Part shown: one piece after another, positions 49,904 to 60,099 of the stretch
Numbering within the stretch: position 1 is the first letter of the stretch
Layout: every line of letters begins with the position of its first letter
From: Candidatus Latescibacterota bacterium
GTDB lineage: Bacteria; Latescibacterota; UBA2968; GCA-2709665
Direction: 5' to 3'
Assembly (NCBI GenBank): GCA_965116875.1
Contig: OZ220733.1
Span: 3,200,001 to 3,264,000, forward strand
Length of the DNA stretch: 64,000 nt
Notes under the pieces: model-generated
What the model saw: only the letters and a program-made list of their open reading frames with translations
The model's database searches: none
What the model was told of the DNA's origin: nothing
Program-made: the position numbers and the translations under genes

Positions 49904-52900
49904 ATGAGCATGGTTTCCAGCTTTCCCCATCGTTACGTTTCGATCGACCTGGAGGTCGGGAAGAAGGACGGCCGCATCCGCGCATTCGCCGCGGTTGGCA
50001 CGGATACCGAACGGTCGATAATCTTCCAGAAGGGCAATCTTAAAACGGCCCTGGCGGAACTCGACGATTTCGCTAAAGGCGCGGATTTCCTGCTCGGCCA
50101 TAACCTGATTGCCTTCGACCTGCCGCATCTCGCGGCGGCCGAATCGAACCTCCGGCTGCTGAAACTGCCCGCCGTCGATACACTGAAGCTGAACCCCCTC
50201 GCTTTTCCTCGCAATCCCTATCACCACCTCGTGAAGCACTACCAGGACCCGCAGCTCAAACGGGGACGCATCAACGACCCGGAACTCGACGCGCGGCTCG
50301 CCGTGGATCTCTTCCGCGACCAGTGCAGCGCATTGGAAGCGGCCGGTCGGGACACCCCGGACCTGACCCTGGCGTGGCACTGGCTCACCTCGGCTGCCGG
50401 CGACGGGACAGGCGTCGACGCGTTTTCCAGGAATGAAGCGACGGGGATCGAAGCACTGTTCTCCGCATTGCGACGGTCTCAACGGCCTTCGGACGCCGAG
50501 GCACGCGCGGCCATTGGCAGCCTTTTGAATGGCAATGCCTGCCGGAATACCGGCCAGGCTGTTGTACAGAATATCGAAAAGGTCGGCTGGCCGCTGGCTT
50601 ATGCTCTTGCCTGGCTGTCGGTCGCCGGGGGCAATTCGGTGATGCCGCCGTGGGTTCGACATCAGTTCCCCGATGCCGGAAAACTGGTTCGACGGTTGCG
50701 GGACAGACCGTGCGGCGAGTCGAAATGCGAGTGGTGCAATGAGCGACACGATCCGCGGAAAGAGCTGAAGCGATGGTTCGGCTTCGACGACTTCCGGCCG
50801 GAACCAGCCGACACGGACGGTCGCCCGATGCAGCAGGCCATCTGCGAGGCGGCGATGTCGGGCAAGCACGTCCTCGGAATCCTGCCCACCGGTACCGGCA
50901 AGTCGCTCTGCTATCAGATCCCAGCCCTCTCCCGTTATGACAAGACCGGCGCGCTTACCGTTGTGATCTCTCCCCTGGTTGCGCTCATGGCGGACCAGGT
51001 TGCGGGGCTGGAAGCACGGGGAATCTCCTCCTGCGTGGCGATCAACGGACTGCTCTCGATGCCCGAACGTGCCGATGCGCTGGACCGGGTGCGTCTCGGC
51101 GACGCCGGGATGGTACTCGTTTCCCCCGAGCAACTCCGCAGTCAGTCCTTCCGTCGCGTCCTGAACCAGCGAGAAATCGGCGCGTGGGTGCTGGACGAAG
51201 CCCATTGCCTCTCGCGATGGGGCCACGATTTCCGTCCCGATTACCGCTATATAGGGCGGTTCATCCGTGAGAAGGCGGGCGAGGAGCCGATTCCACCGGT
51301 GATATGCCTGACGGCAACCGCAAAGCCCGACGTCGTCGCCGACATTAGACAGCATTTTCGGGACGAACTCGGGGCTGAAATACGGGTGTTGGACGGCGGG
51401 GCCCAGCGCACGAATCTGGAATTCGTGGTGGTGAAGACGACCGAACCGGAAAAATTCGCGCACATCCATCAGATCTTGATGGCGGACCTGCCTCCGGATA
51501 CCCCGGGAGGCGCCATCGTCTATTGCGCAACGCGACGCCAGACCGAAGAGGCGGCGCAGTTCCTGCAACTCAAGGACGTTGCGGCGGAACATTTCCACGC
51601 GGGGCTGCCTCCCGAGACGAAGAAGAACGTGCAGCAAAGATTCATCGGCGGCGAGTTGCGGGTGATTACGGCCACCAATGCCTTCGGCATGGGTATCGAC
51701 AAACCGGACGTGCGGCTGGTCATTCACGCGGACATACCCGGTTCGCTGGAGAACTATATGCAGGAGGCCGGCCGCGCGGGGCGGGACAGGAAGTCAGCGC
51801 GATGTGTCCTTCTTTATACCCCGGAAGACGTGGAACGGCAGTTCGGCATGTCTGCGGCGTCGCGACTGACCCGGCGGGAGATCCACGGCGTCCTGAGGGC
51901 CCTCCGCAATCTGGACCGGAAGAAACGACTCGGCGGCGAAGTCGTCGCGACCTCAGGTGAGATCCTTGGCGAAGACGATGAATATGCCTTCGAACGGGAT
52001 TCCGCCACGGACGATACCCGTGTGCGGACGGCCGTGTCCTGGCTTGAAGAAACGGTATTGTTGTCCCGGGAGGAAAACCGGGTCCAGGTATACCCCTCGT
52101 CTCTGAAAGTAAATACAGTAAAGGAAGCGAGCGCAAGATTCCAAACGGGAAGGATTGCATACGGATATCGACGTCAGTTGCTGAGAATCGTCGAAGCTCT
52201 CATCGATGCGGAACCCGACGAGGGTATTTCCACGGACGAACTGATGGGCGTGTCCGGATTGAGTCCCGAAGGCGTACGTCGAGCCATGTTCGATCTCGAG
52301 CGGCTCGGCATCGCCAGCAATGATACGGCGCTGACCGCCTTCGTCCACGCCGGCGTGGTGCGCAGTTCTCGGAAGCGTTTCGATGAGGCCGTGGAGCTGG
52401 AGACAGGTTTGATCGCCCAGATGCGCGAGACCGCCCCCGATATGATCAAGGGAGACAGGTGGCCGCTCTTCTTGCGCCTTGCCTCTCAGAAGCTGCGAGA
52501 CGAGGATGTGCCGGATCCCCTTCCCGAGAGATTGTGGCGCATTCTCCGCAGTATCGCCCATGACGGACGCGGTGAAGGCGGCGACGCGGGCAGTCTCGGG
52601 ATACGCCGGCGAGACCCCGATACCGTGAACGTTGAACTGCGACGCGAATGGACGGACCTCGGTGAACTCGCGTCCCGCCGGCGTGCCGGGGCGAAACTCC
52701 TGCTCGATCACCTGCTGTCCTGCTTTCCCCCAAACACTCGCGGCACCGACCTGCTCGCCGAGACGACCCTCGGCAAGCTGCTGGCCGCTATCACGTCGGA
52801 TATCGTCCTGAAGAGCAGGAATCCGGAAAAACTGTTGGATCGAGCCCTCTTGTGGCTCCACGAACAGGAGGTCATTCGACTCCACAAGGGCCTTGCGGTA

Positions 52901-55123
52901 TTCCGTCAGGCGATGACGATCAAATTGACGGATGAGACGCGAGGCTTCGCCAAGCCTGACTTCGAACCGCTGAGGCTCCATTACAAGGGCCAGGCAATGC
53001 AGATCCACGTCATGGCCGAGTTCGCACAGCGCGGTCTCGAAAATATGGCCGATGCGCTACGACTGGCCCTTGACTATTTCAGTCTTACACAGGGAGCTTT
53101 CCTCAGCCGATGGCTGCCGGAGAGGGGCAAGGAGATCGAGCGGGAGACCACGCCGGAATCCTGGCGGGCAATTGTCGAGAGTCTCAAGAATCCCGTCCAG
53201 CAGCGCATTGTTGCGGATGATCGGGAGCAGACGAACGTGCTTGTGCTGGCCGGGCCGGGGTCCGGAAAGACCCGCGTGCTGGTGCACCGCATCGCCTATC
53301 TCGTCCGCGCAAAACGGGAGAATCCCCGGGGCATACTGGCGCTGGCCTACAACCGGCACGCGGCTGTCGAGATCCGGCAACGCCTGAAGGATTTGATCGG
53401 AGACGACGCACGAGGCGTGACCGTGCTCACCTGCCACGGCCTGGCGATGCGGCTGGTCGGTGTGAGTTTTCAGGATAGGGAACGGCGGCCGCTGGACGAC
53501 GATGCCTTCCGGGAGGTGTTGCGCCAGGCGGTCGCGCTGCTCCGTGGTGAGGGTCTGGAGCCCGAAGACGCGGACGACCGGCGGGAACGGCTCCTCAGGG
53601 GATTCCGCTGGATCCTTGTGGACGAATACCAGGACATCGGCGCCGAACAATATGATCTGATATCCGCCCTCGCCGGACGGACCCTGCAAGATGAGGATCG
53701 CAAGCTCACCCTCTTCGCAGTAGGCGACGACGATCAGAACATCTACGCCTTCAATGGCGCGTCGGTAGAGTTCATCCGTCGGTTCGAAGCAGATTACGGG
53801 CCGAGGCCCAGCTACCTCATTGACAATTACCGCTCTACAGGCAACATCATCAAAGCAGCCAACGACCTGATTGAACCCGCTCGACAAAGGTTGAAGACCG
53901 AACACCCGATCCGAATCGACCGTGCGCGAGCCAAAAATCCGCCAGGCGGCGAATGGGATGGCCGGGACCCGGTCGCACGGGGAAGAGTCCAGCTTCTGCC
54001 CTCGGCGCCAGATCCGATCTCGCAGGTGCAGGTCGCCATGACAGAGTTTCAGCGCCTCGCGAAGTTGTCTCCGGATTGGGATTGGTCCGCATGCTCGGTG
54101 ATCGCAAGAGAGTGGAAATACCTGGATCCGGTGCGGGCGTTCTGCGAAATCAACCGTATTCCGGCGCAGATGGCGAATGAGAGTATTCCCGGTTTCTGGC
54201 ACCTGCGGGAGACACGGGCATTCGTAAATTGGCTGCGCGGCCGGGAAGTCCCCCTTGTGGATGTGTCGGACTTGACGGACTGGGTGGATGCTCAGCCGAA
54301 CGGGACCTGGACTGAGCTTCTCCGGCAGGCCCTCGACGAGCACGCCCTTGAAGCCGGAAACGGCGAAGTACCGGTCGACCAATTCATCGAGTGGTTGGCA
54401 GAGTGGGGGCGGGATGTGCGTCGCCGCCAGCGAGGGCTCTTGCTGTCTACCGCGCACCGCGCCAAGGGTCTGGAGTTCGATCATATCGTTGTGCTGGACG
54501 GCGGCTGGGACAAGAGGAACGTGGGCGAAGACCCCGACGCGCCGCGCAGGCTCTACTACGTGGCGATGACACGCGCCAGGCAGACGCTCGCGCTCGTGCG
54601 TTTTCAGGGATCCAGACGCGGAGAACGTCACATGCGGTCGGATATCGTCAGTGAGCCAGCGCCACCGGCGTACCTGAAGCCGCTCAACCCGGCGCCCTAC
54701 AGGTTTCCCAAAAACGGCGCAATTCACCACCGCCAACCCGTTGCGATCACGGAGAAGCCCGTCAATCTCAGCCGCCGATATCGGCGACCGGGGCTGAGGG
54801 AGGTCAACCTGGGATTCGCCGGTCGGCGTCACGCAGGACATCCCGTGCATCGAGCAATAGCCGATCTTTCACCGGGCGATCAAATTTCGACACGGGTTAC
54901 GGATACGGGAACCTGGGAACTGCTGGACCGGTCGGGAATGGTGGTGGGACGCCTGGCTCAGGCGTTTGAACCTCCGCCGGATACGAGATGTACGACGGCT
55001 AAGGTCTACGCGGTCGTGACGTGGAGCCGCGAAGCATCGGAACCGGAGTTCCAGAAACTCGCAAAATGCGATACCTGGGAGGTTGTGTTGCCGGAACTGG
55101 TGTTCGAACCTGAGGGCGGGTAG
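49904..55123 (+). CDS. Exonuclease-like + RecQ (SF2) + UvrD (SF1) fusion helicase
   Basis: IDLE..GHN..FD; PTGTGKS, DEAH..S.WGHDFRPDY; AGPGSGKT, VDEYQD, VGDDDQ, NYRST, AKGLEF, YVAMTRA. Confidence 0.92.
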   Translation: MSMVSSFPHRYVSIDLEVGKKDGRIRAFAAVGTDTERSIIFQKGNLKTALAELDDFAKGADFLLGHNLIAFDLPHLAAAESNLRLLKLPAVDTLKLNPLAFPRNPYHHLVKHYQDPQLKRGRINDPELDARLAVDLFRDQCSALEAAGRDTPDLTLAWHWLTSAAGDGTGVDAFSRNEATGIEALFSALRRSQRPSDAEARAAIGSLLNGNACRNTGQAVVQNIEKVGWPLAYALAWLSVAGGNSVMPPWVRHQFPDAGKLVRRLRDRPCGESKCEWCNERHDPRKELKRWFGFDDFRPEPADTDGRPMQQAICEAAMSGKHVLGILPTGTGKSLCYQIPALSRYDKTGALTVVISPLVALMADQVAGLEARGISSCVAINGLLSMPERADALDRVRLGDAGMVLVSPEQLRSQSFRRVLNQREIGAWVLDEAHCLSRWGHDFRPDYRYIGRFIREKAGEEPIPPVICLTATAKPDVVADIRQHFRDELGAEIRVLDGGAQRTNLEFVVVKTTEPEKFAHIHQILMADLPPDTPGGAIVYCATRRQTEEAAQFLQLKDVAAEHFHAGLPPETKKNVQQRFIGGELRVITATNAFGMGIDKPDVRLVIHADIPGSLENYMQEAGRAGRDRKSARCVLLYTPEDVERQFGMSAASRLTRREIHGVLRALRNLDRKKRLGGEVVATSGEILGEDDEYAFERDSATDDTRVRTAVSWLEETVLLSREENRVQVYPSSLKVNTVKEASARFQTGRIAYGYRRQLLRIVEALIDAEPDEGISTDELMGVSGLSPEGVRRAMFDLERLGIASNDTALTAFVHAGVVRSSRKRFDEAVELETGLIAQMRETAPDMIKGDRWPLFLRLASQKLRDEDVPDPLPERLWRILRSIAHDGRGEGGDAGSLGIRRRDPDTVNVELRREWTDLGELASRRRAGAKLLLDHLLSCFPPNTRGTDLLAETTLGKLLAAITSDIVLKSRNPEKLLDRALLWLHEQEVIRLHKGLAVFRQAMTIKLTDETRGFAKPDFEPLRLHYKGQAMQIHVMAEFAQRGLENMADALRLALDYFSLTQGAFLSRWLPERGKEIERETTPESWRAIVESLKNPVQQRIVADDREQTNVLVLAGPGSGKTRVLVHRIAYLVRAKRENPRGILALAYNRHAAVEIRQRLKDLIGDDARGVTVLTCHGLAMRLVGVSFQDRERRPLDDDAFREVLRQAVALLRGEGLEPEDADDRRERLLRGFRWILVDEYQDIGAEQYDLISALAGRTLQDEDRKLTLFAVGDDDQNIYAFNGASVEFIRRFEADYGPRPSYLIDNYRSTGNIIKAANDLIEPARQRLKTEHPIRIDRARAKNPPGGEWDGRDPVARGRVQLLPSAPDPISQVQVAMTEFQRLAKLSPDWDWSACSVIAREWKYLDPVRAFCEINRIPAQMANESIPGFWHLRETRAFVNWLRGREVPLVDVSDLTDWVDAQPNGTWTELLRQALDEHALEAGNGEVPVDQFIEWLAEWGRDVRRRQRGLLLSTAHRAKGLEFDHIVVLDGGWDKRNVGEDPDAPRRLYYVAMTRARQTLALVRFQGSRRGERHMRSDIVSEPAPPAYLKPLNPAPYRFPKNGAIHHRQPVAITEKPVNLSRRYRRPGLREVNLGFAGRRHAGHPVHRAIADLSPGDQISTRVTDTGTWELLDRSGMVVGRLAQAFEPPPDTRCTTAKVYAVVTWSREASEPEFQKLAKCDTWEVVLPELVFEPEGG

Positions 55124-55231
55124 TGTTGCGATAATGGGGCGGAGGGTGGTAGTCTTTCTGGCGTCAGGCAGGCAAATCTCGTGGAAACTGGCAGGCATCG
55201 CCGTGGAAATCCGATGTCAAATCACCTTGAT

Positions 55232-55516
55232 TCAATCGCGTTTATTCGATGCTGGTCGACGAACCGGTTTCCGGTTTTCCAGGTCTCCATAGATGATTTT
55301 GCGCAGATCCTGCCACGAGCAGGATTCCAACGGATCGGACGAACCCGGATTGCCCGTACTTAAATCAGGAAGCCGGTATTGAGTTCGATGCGTCGGTCCG
55401 GCGAGTACCTCTCTCAGTCCTTCCTCGACCACGGCGCGCAATGTACGACCCGATTTCCTCGCGTACTGTTTCGCTCTCGCCAGCAGTTCGTCTTGAATTT
55501 CAATCGTTGTCTTCAT
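55232..55516 (-). CDS. VapB-like ribbon-helix-helix antitoxin, orphan
   Basis: MKTTIEIQDELLARAK...TLRAVVEEGLR; no PIN gene follows. Confidence 0.8.
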   Translation of the reverse strand: MKTTIEIQDELLARAKQYARKSGRTLRAVVEEGLREVLAGPTHRTQYRLPDLSTGNPGSSDPLESCSWQDLRKIIYGDLENRKPVRRPASNKRD

Positions 55517-55655
55517 TGTTCCCGTATTACCCATATTATACGATACAGTCAAGCAACAAATGCAGGTATTCGGTCAATGCCACCTGCGTCCACTGTTGGG
55601 TAACCATCTGCCGAAAGGCGCGTTTCGATGATCGTCTCGCCGCGCCGCTGAGAGC

Positions 55656-56135
55656 TCACCGCTCAACAGATACGGAATCTGGACCCGCATCCCGCCTGAT
55701 CACCAGGCACCCGGCCATCATATCGTGAAGCCCTTGCTTTCTCTTCGTGAATGCAGCCATCAGATAACCGATACCGATAGTCGTTACAGAAATGTACTTT
55801 GCGAAATATCGCCCTGAAGCCCTGGCGAAACCGATGCGGTTTCCATGCAGGTCCGTGACCTTGATGCCGACGGCTAACTTACCCAGTGTCGCCTGTTTTC
55901 TCGAAGCCTCGAATACTGCAAAATAGACCCACGCGATCGCCAGCCACATAACCGTCCCGAATATGAGTGCGTCTACGTTTGCATCCAAGTAATCGTACTC
56001 CCCGGCGTTTTCTGCTATCATTGGAACTATATAGAAAATCGAGTACAGGACTCCACAAATCGCCATTACTGTGTAAATGACGAGGTAATCGATCCACGCC
56101 GCCGCGAATCTCTTCCAGAACCCGGCGTATACCAT
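55656..56135 (-). CDS. RDD family membrane protein
   Basis: YAGFWKRFAA..ID, QATLGK...IKV, KQGLHDMMAG. Confidence 0.92.
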   Translation of the reverse strand: MVYAGFWKRFAAAWIDYLVIYTVMAICGVLYSIFYIVPMIAENAGEYDYLDANVDALIFGTVMWLAIAWVYFAVFEASRKQATLGKLAVGIKVTDLHGNRIGFARASGRYFAKYISVTTIGIGYLMAAFTKRKQGLHDMMAGCLVIRRDAGPDSVSVER

Positions 56136-56370
56136 CAGAGTTCCCCGTGATACGATCGTCGCGCTCTTCGCCGATACATTGAGGATTTGCTTCCTCCGTA
56201 GCCAGTGTCTTTAACCTCATACGTCGCCAGCCGCCATGCACTTTATCCGTTCGACCAGCCGACCGGAGTCGAAGCGTCTTGCGCCGCTTCCGTGCCGCGA
56301 TGGAGGCGGACGTGCTGCCTCCCAGGTAGCGACAGGTCTAAGTCGTGCAGGGATAATCCGATGCTGCAGT

Positions 56371-56620
56371 AGATCCTTCGTCGGCCTGGGGGCACCCTTC
56401 GACCCTTCGACAGGCTCAGGGACCACAGGCTCCAGGCAAGTCCTCTGAATGACAATCTCGGCGAAGATGTGGCGGATGCGTTTCTCGGACGTTGCAGCCA
56501 GGCCCCTTCGACAGGCTCAGGGCAAGTCCTCTGGATGACAGTTTATGCCGACACGTGACCGACACGTTTCACCAAAGCGTATCGCAACGCATGTCATTCA
56601 GAGCGCAGCGAAGAATCTCC
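56371..56620. repeat. Nested REP-like cluster (family D inside a second REP type)
   Basis: Three CCCTTCGA..CAGGCTC units, two CTCTGRATGACA ends, and inverted TGTCATTCAGAGCGCAGCGAAGAATCTC at 56592-56619. Confidence 0.85.
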
Positions 56621-56829
56621 CGTCTCGATTGGGCGTGTCGCACATGCCCATTGAGGACGAACCTGTGCGCGGACGCTTTGCCATCCTTTCGTCCTCCTCT
56701 GCATAACATTCGGGCTAAAGTGTAAAGGGTGCATTTCGCCAGTGGCTGTGGACGTTTTTTCCATCCGTATTCTTCGCGCTCTTTCGCGACTTTCGTAGTG
56801 AATCAAACCCGCACTTGGACAGGTGTGAG

Positions 56830-56925
56830 TGTAACGGATTAATGTAGATGAATTGGAACCAGATTCCGTCAAGGTGTTGAAAGTCTTTATCCGTTGAAAG
56901 AAGCGTGGCTCCTCTTGCGTGGGCG
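56830..56925 (-). pseudogene. C-terminal remnant of a VapC/PIN toxin
   Basis: AHARGATLLSTDKDFQHLDGIWFQFIYINP; the N-terminus is missing. Confidence 0.65.
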
Positions 56926-56930
56926 TTTTT

Positions 56931-57157
56931 TCAATCGAGTTGGGCCAGCAGTTGCTCGATCGGTTCATCGCCCGGCCAGGCACCGGCAAGCTGTATTGGA
57001 TCAAATGCCTTCGCTTCCTTCGATAGATTGTGAAAGAAGTCCTGCCAATCATCTATGTCGACCGTTGGCGTTTCTTCGAAGGTGTTATCTCCTCTTTGGT
57101 GAATACGTACCGGGTGAGTTGCGATAATTCGTGGCTGTCCATTTCCTGGAATTGCAC
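56931..57157 (-). pseudogene. Putative antitoxin, probably frameshifted
   Basis: C-terminus AGAWPGDEPIEQLLAQLD* has no start codon in its frame; an RBS plus GTG lies in another frame at 57157. Confidence 0.5.
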
Positions 57158-57249
57158 AATCCCCTCATTGGTCGCTTGTTTTCCTCCCAAGAGACGCAAG
57201 GCCTCCACGCCCAATTATGTCGGCTTTATACGTCTAAAACGGCTCACCC

Positions 57250-58548
57250 TCAATCCGCGGGGACCAATTCGGGGGCCTTGCGCGCGAAGGCGTCGATGGG
57301 CGGAAGGTTGCGGTCGGGTCCGGGTTCGAGCAGGCGGGGGCCGACCAGGATGTCCAGGTTATCCCGCATTTCGGCCATGTCGAGATAGGCGGTGGAGGCC
57401 TCGACTTCGCCCAGGTCCAGCGTGTTCCTGATCCAAAGCACCCTGGCGTCGGCGGGTTCGACGAGTCCGACGGATTCGAGCGCCACGTCCAGCGCATCCT
57501 CGTCGGTGGGGAAGTGGATGGGGATGGAGGCGGCAGGGGGGTGCTGTCCGGTAATGGCGTTGATATTCGTCGCGTGATAGTCGATTTTGTCAACCAGCCG
57601 GTCCGTGGTGAATTCCGCCATGCCGATGCCCACGGCGTTGCCGTGGGTTTTTTCCGTCAGGTCCCGGACGAAGATCCGCAGGACGCGCGGTGAGTCACCG
57701 TCCATCGCCCTGCGTTCGTTGCGCTTGCGCCCCACCACGTTGGTATCGATGCCGGAGCCACTGATGTCTTTACCCATCTCGTCGATAATGAGCAGGTCCA
57801 CTTCGTCGAACGGCAGCCGGGGGCACCAGGCCTTGGCCTTGACCAGGAGTTCCTTTTCAGCGCTTTCGAAGTCCCGCGCGGGAACCGCGGCAATCTGCGC
57901 GGTCTCGTCGTAACCGTTTTCAAGCAGGGCGACGCCGAACGAAATCGGCATCTTTTCCCGGACCGTCTTTCCCACCACCCGCACGATCTTGTCGAAGGAG
58001 TGATGGATGATGGCGCGGTGGTAGATCGTGGCGCCCTTGTGCTTGCCCAGGCCGATGAGCATCATCTTCATCAGGCCGCTCTCGATCTCACCCACGAAGC
58101 CCGTGTGGGGCTTGACGCGGTTGACGACGACCACGTGGTCGGCCTCGGAGGCGTATTGATCGAAATAGACCGGCATGCCGAAATCGGTGACGCCGATTTC
58201 GATCACGTCCATCGAGGACCTGACCGGGGCGCCGACCGCACTCTCGGTGATGCCGTATTCGGCGAGAATCCCGGCCTGACCCTCGGCAGTGCCGCCGCCG
58301 TGGCTGCCCATGGCCGGAACGATAAAGGGCCTTGCGCCCAGCGCGACCATTTCATCCACGATCGACGCGATGACCGTGTCCAGGTTGGCGATGCCTCTGG
58401 ATCCGGCAGCGATCGCAACCGTGTGCCCGGGCTTGATGGTGTCGCCGGGGTTGAGATTCCGGATCTCGCGACGGGTGGCGCCGGGAATATCGTCAACGCG
58501 CGGCGCGTCAAAGCGCTGGCGGATCCGAAACATGTGAGGGTATTGCAT
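57250..58548 (-). CDS. Lactate racemase (LarA/DUF2088)-like domain protein
   Basis: AGSRGIAN, PAMGSHGG, NRVKPHT, ESGLMKM..IGLGK, GKDISGSG.D. Confidence 0.82.
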   Translation of the reverse strand: MQYPHMFRIRQRFDAPRVDDIPGATRREIRNLNPGDTIKPGHTVAIAAGSRGIANLDTVIASIVDEMVALGARPFIVPAMGSHGGGTAEGQAGILAEYGITESAVGAPVRSSMDVIEIGVTDFGMPVYFDQYASEADHVVVVNRVKPHTGFVGEIESGLMKMMLIGLGKHKGATIYHRAIIHHSFDKIVRVVGKTVREKMPISFGVALLENGYDETAQIAAVPARDFESAEKELLVKAKAWCPRLPFDEVDLLIIDEMGKDISGSGIDTNVVGRKRNERRAMDGDSPRVLRIFVRDLTEKTHGNAVGIGMAEFTTDRLVDKIDYHATNINAITGQHPPAASIPIHFPTDEDALDVALESVGLVEPADARVLWIRNTLDLGEVEASTAYLDMAEMRDNLDILVGPRLLEPGPDRNLPPIDAFARKAPELVPAD

Positions 58549-58635
58549 TTTGGGCCTCCGGTCGTAGAGGACGGGTGTCAGAATCCGAGTCTTGCGTCAA
58601 GAGCCGAGCGAACGATATTCGGATGCGAAGGAAAG

Positions 58636-59793
58636 TCACATCGCGGCTTCGTACAGCGCGATGATGTCCTTGAGCGTGGTGTGGCGGGGGTTGATCTGGA
58701 TATTTCCGCTCTTCATCGCGTCTTCCGCAAGCACGGCAATACCCTCCCGCGCGACGCCCACTTCGGCGAGCGTGTCCGGAATGCCGACGTCCGAAGCCAG
58801 CGATTGCACCGCTTCCACGGAAACGTCCGCGGCTTCGACGTGGGACAGGCCGTCGATATTCTCACCCAGAGCAACGGCGATATCGGCAAAGCGTTCCGGG
58901 CACGCGACCTTGTTGAAGTCCATCACCCGGGTGAGCAGGATGGCGTTGGCGACGCCGTGAGGGACCCCGTAGTGGCCGCCCACGGCGTGTGACATCGCGT
59001 GTACGTTCCCGAGACGCGTCTGCGAGAAGGCGATGCCCGCCATATTGCTGGCCAGCAGCATCTGTTCCGTGGCTTCGTAGTTGTGGTGGCTTGCCGCGGC
59101 CTGCCGCAGGTTTTCCGAAATAAGCCGGATGGCGTGCAGCGCCAGGCCGTCGGCTATCGGGTTGGAGGCGCGTGCGACGTAGGACTCCACGGCGTGGGTG
59201 AGCGCGTCCATCCCGGTTGCCGCGGCGATGGGCATGGGCAGGCCGACGGCCGCATTGGCATCCAGAATGCCCACGTCGGGAATGACGTGCGGCCCGCCCA
59301 CGGTTGCCTTGAAGTGATTGTTGTCCGTGACGACGGCGAACGGGGTGACTTCGCTGGCGGTGCCGTACGTAGTCGGCACGCACAGCAGGAAGGGCACCCG
59401 TTTCCGGTCCTGCAGGAGACCGAAGTGGTCTTCGATGCGCCCCCCGTTGGCGGCCAGCACCCCGGCGCACTTGGCGGTGTCCATCGAAGAACCGCCGCCG
59501 ATGGCCAGAAGCCAGTCGCACCCAGCTGATTCGTAAAGATCGAAACAGGCCTGAACGACGTGTGCCGGAGGGTTTTCTTCCACGCCGTCGTAAACCGCAA
59601 ACGGGATCCCCTCGGCCTCGAGGACGCCGGTGGCCTGCTGCGTCACGCCGGCTTTGACCAGACCCTTATCCGTTACCACGAGGGCTTTTTTTTCTGTTCG
59701 TTCCGCGAGAATCCCCGGGATTTCCGAGACGCTCCCGCGGCCGACGAAAAGACGCGTTGGGGAATGGAAGGTGAAGCCGTTTTGGTCTGTCAC
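58636..59793 (-). CDS. Iron-containing alcohol dehydrogenase
   Basis: GGGSSMDTAK, PTTYGTASE, GMDALTHAVE, HAMSH, PHG; GTG start. Confidence 0.92.
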   Translation of the reverse strand: MTDQNGFTFHSPTRLFVGRGSVSEIPGILAERTEKKALVVTDKGLVKAGVTQQATGVLEAEGIPFAVYDGVEENPPAHVVQACFDLYESAGCDWLLAIGGGSSMDTAKCAGVLAANGGRIEDHFGLLQDRKRVPFLLCVPTTYGTASEVTPFAVVTDNNHFKATVGGPHVIPDVGILDANAAVGLPMPIAAATGMDALTHAVESYVARASNPIADGLALHAIRLISENLRQAAASHHNYEATEQMLLASNMAGIAFSQTRLGNVHAMSHAVGGHYGVPHGVANAILLTRVMDFNKVACPERFADIAVALGENIDGLSHVEAADVSVEAVQSLASDVGIPDTLAEVGVAREGIAVLAEDAMKSGNIQINPRHTTLKDIIALYEAAM

Positions 59794-59900
59794 GAGTCTG
59801 GTCCCATCTGTGTTAGAAAATCAGGAAGTGTCGATACACAATTTAGGCGTAACGTCAATTGCGGACAAGCAGATTCAGTAATCAGCGACAGGAAGGGCTT

Positions 59901-60030
59901 AATGCGGGGAGACGTGAGACGGGAGAGGGGAGAGATTACCTGCCTTGTGAGGGTTCTTCACGTGCCGGAGGCAAGAAGCAATAAAACATCGGGCAAGGAT
60001 TTCTTCTACCGTCTTCCGTCTCCCGGCATT
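59901..60030 (+). repeat. Element family A, copy 2
   Basis: Arms AATGCGGGGAGACG/CGTCTCCCGGCATT; core shared with 7285-7415. Confidence 0.85.
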
Positions 60031-60099
60031 TCGAAAAACGGCAAGGAAACAGGGGCCGTGAGGGGGTGGTGGGTTCCATGGACAGGAAACCGACTCTGA

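Noticed and set aside
49892-54850. Long antisense ORFs opposite the helicase (and similarly opposite lon and others)
   Set aside because: Shadow frames typical of GC-rich coding DNA, with no recognisable motifs.
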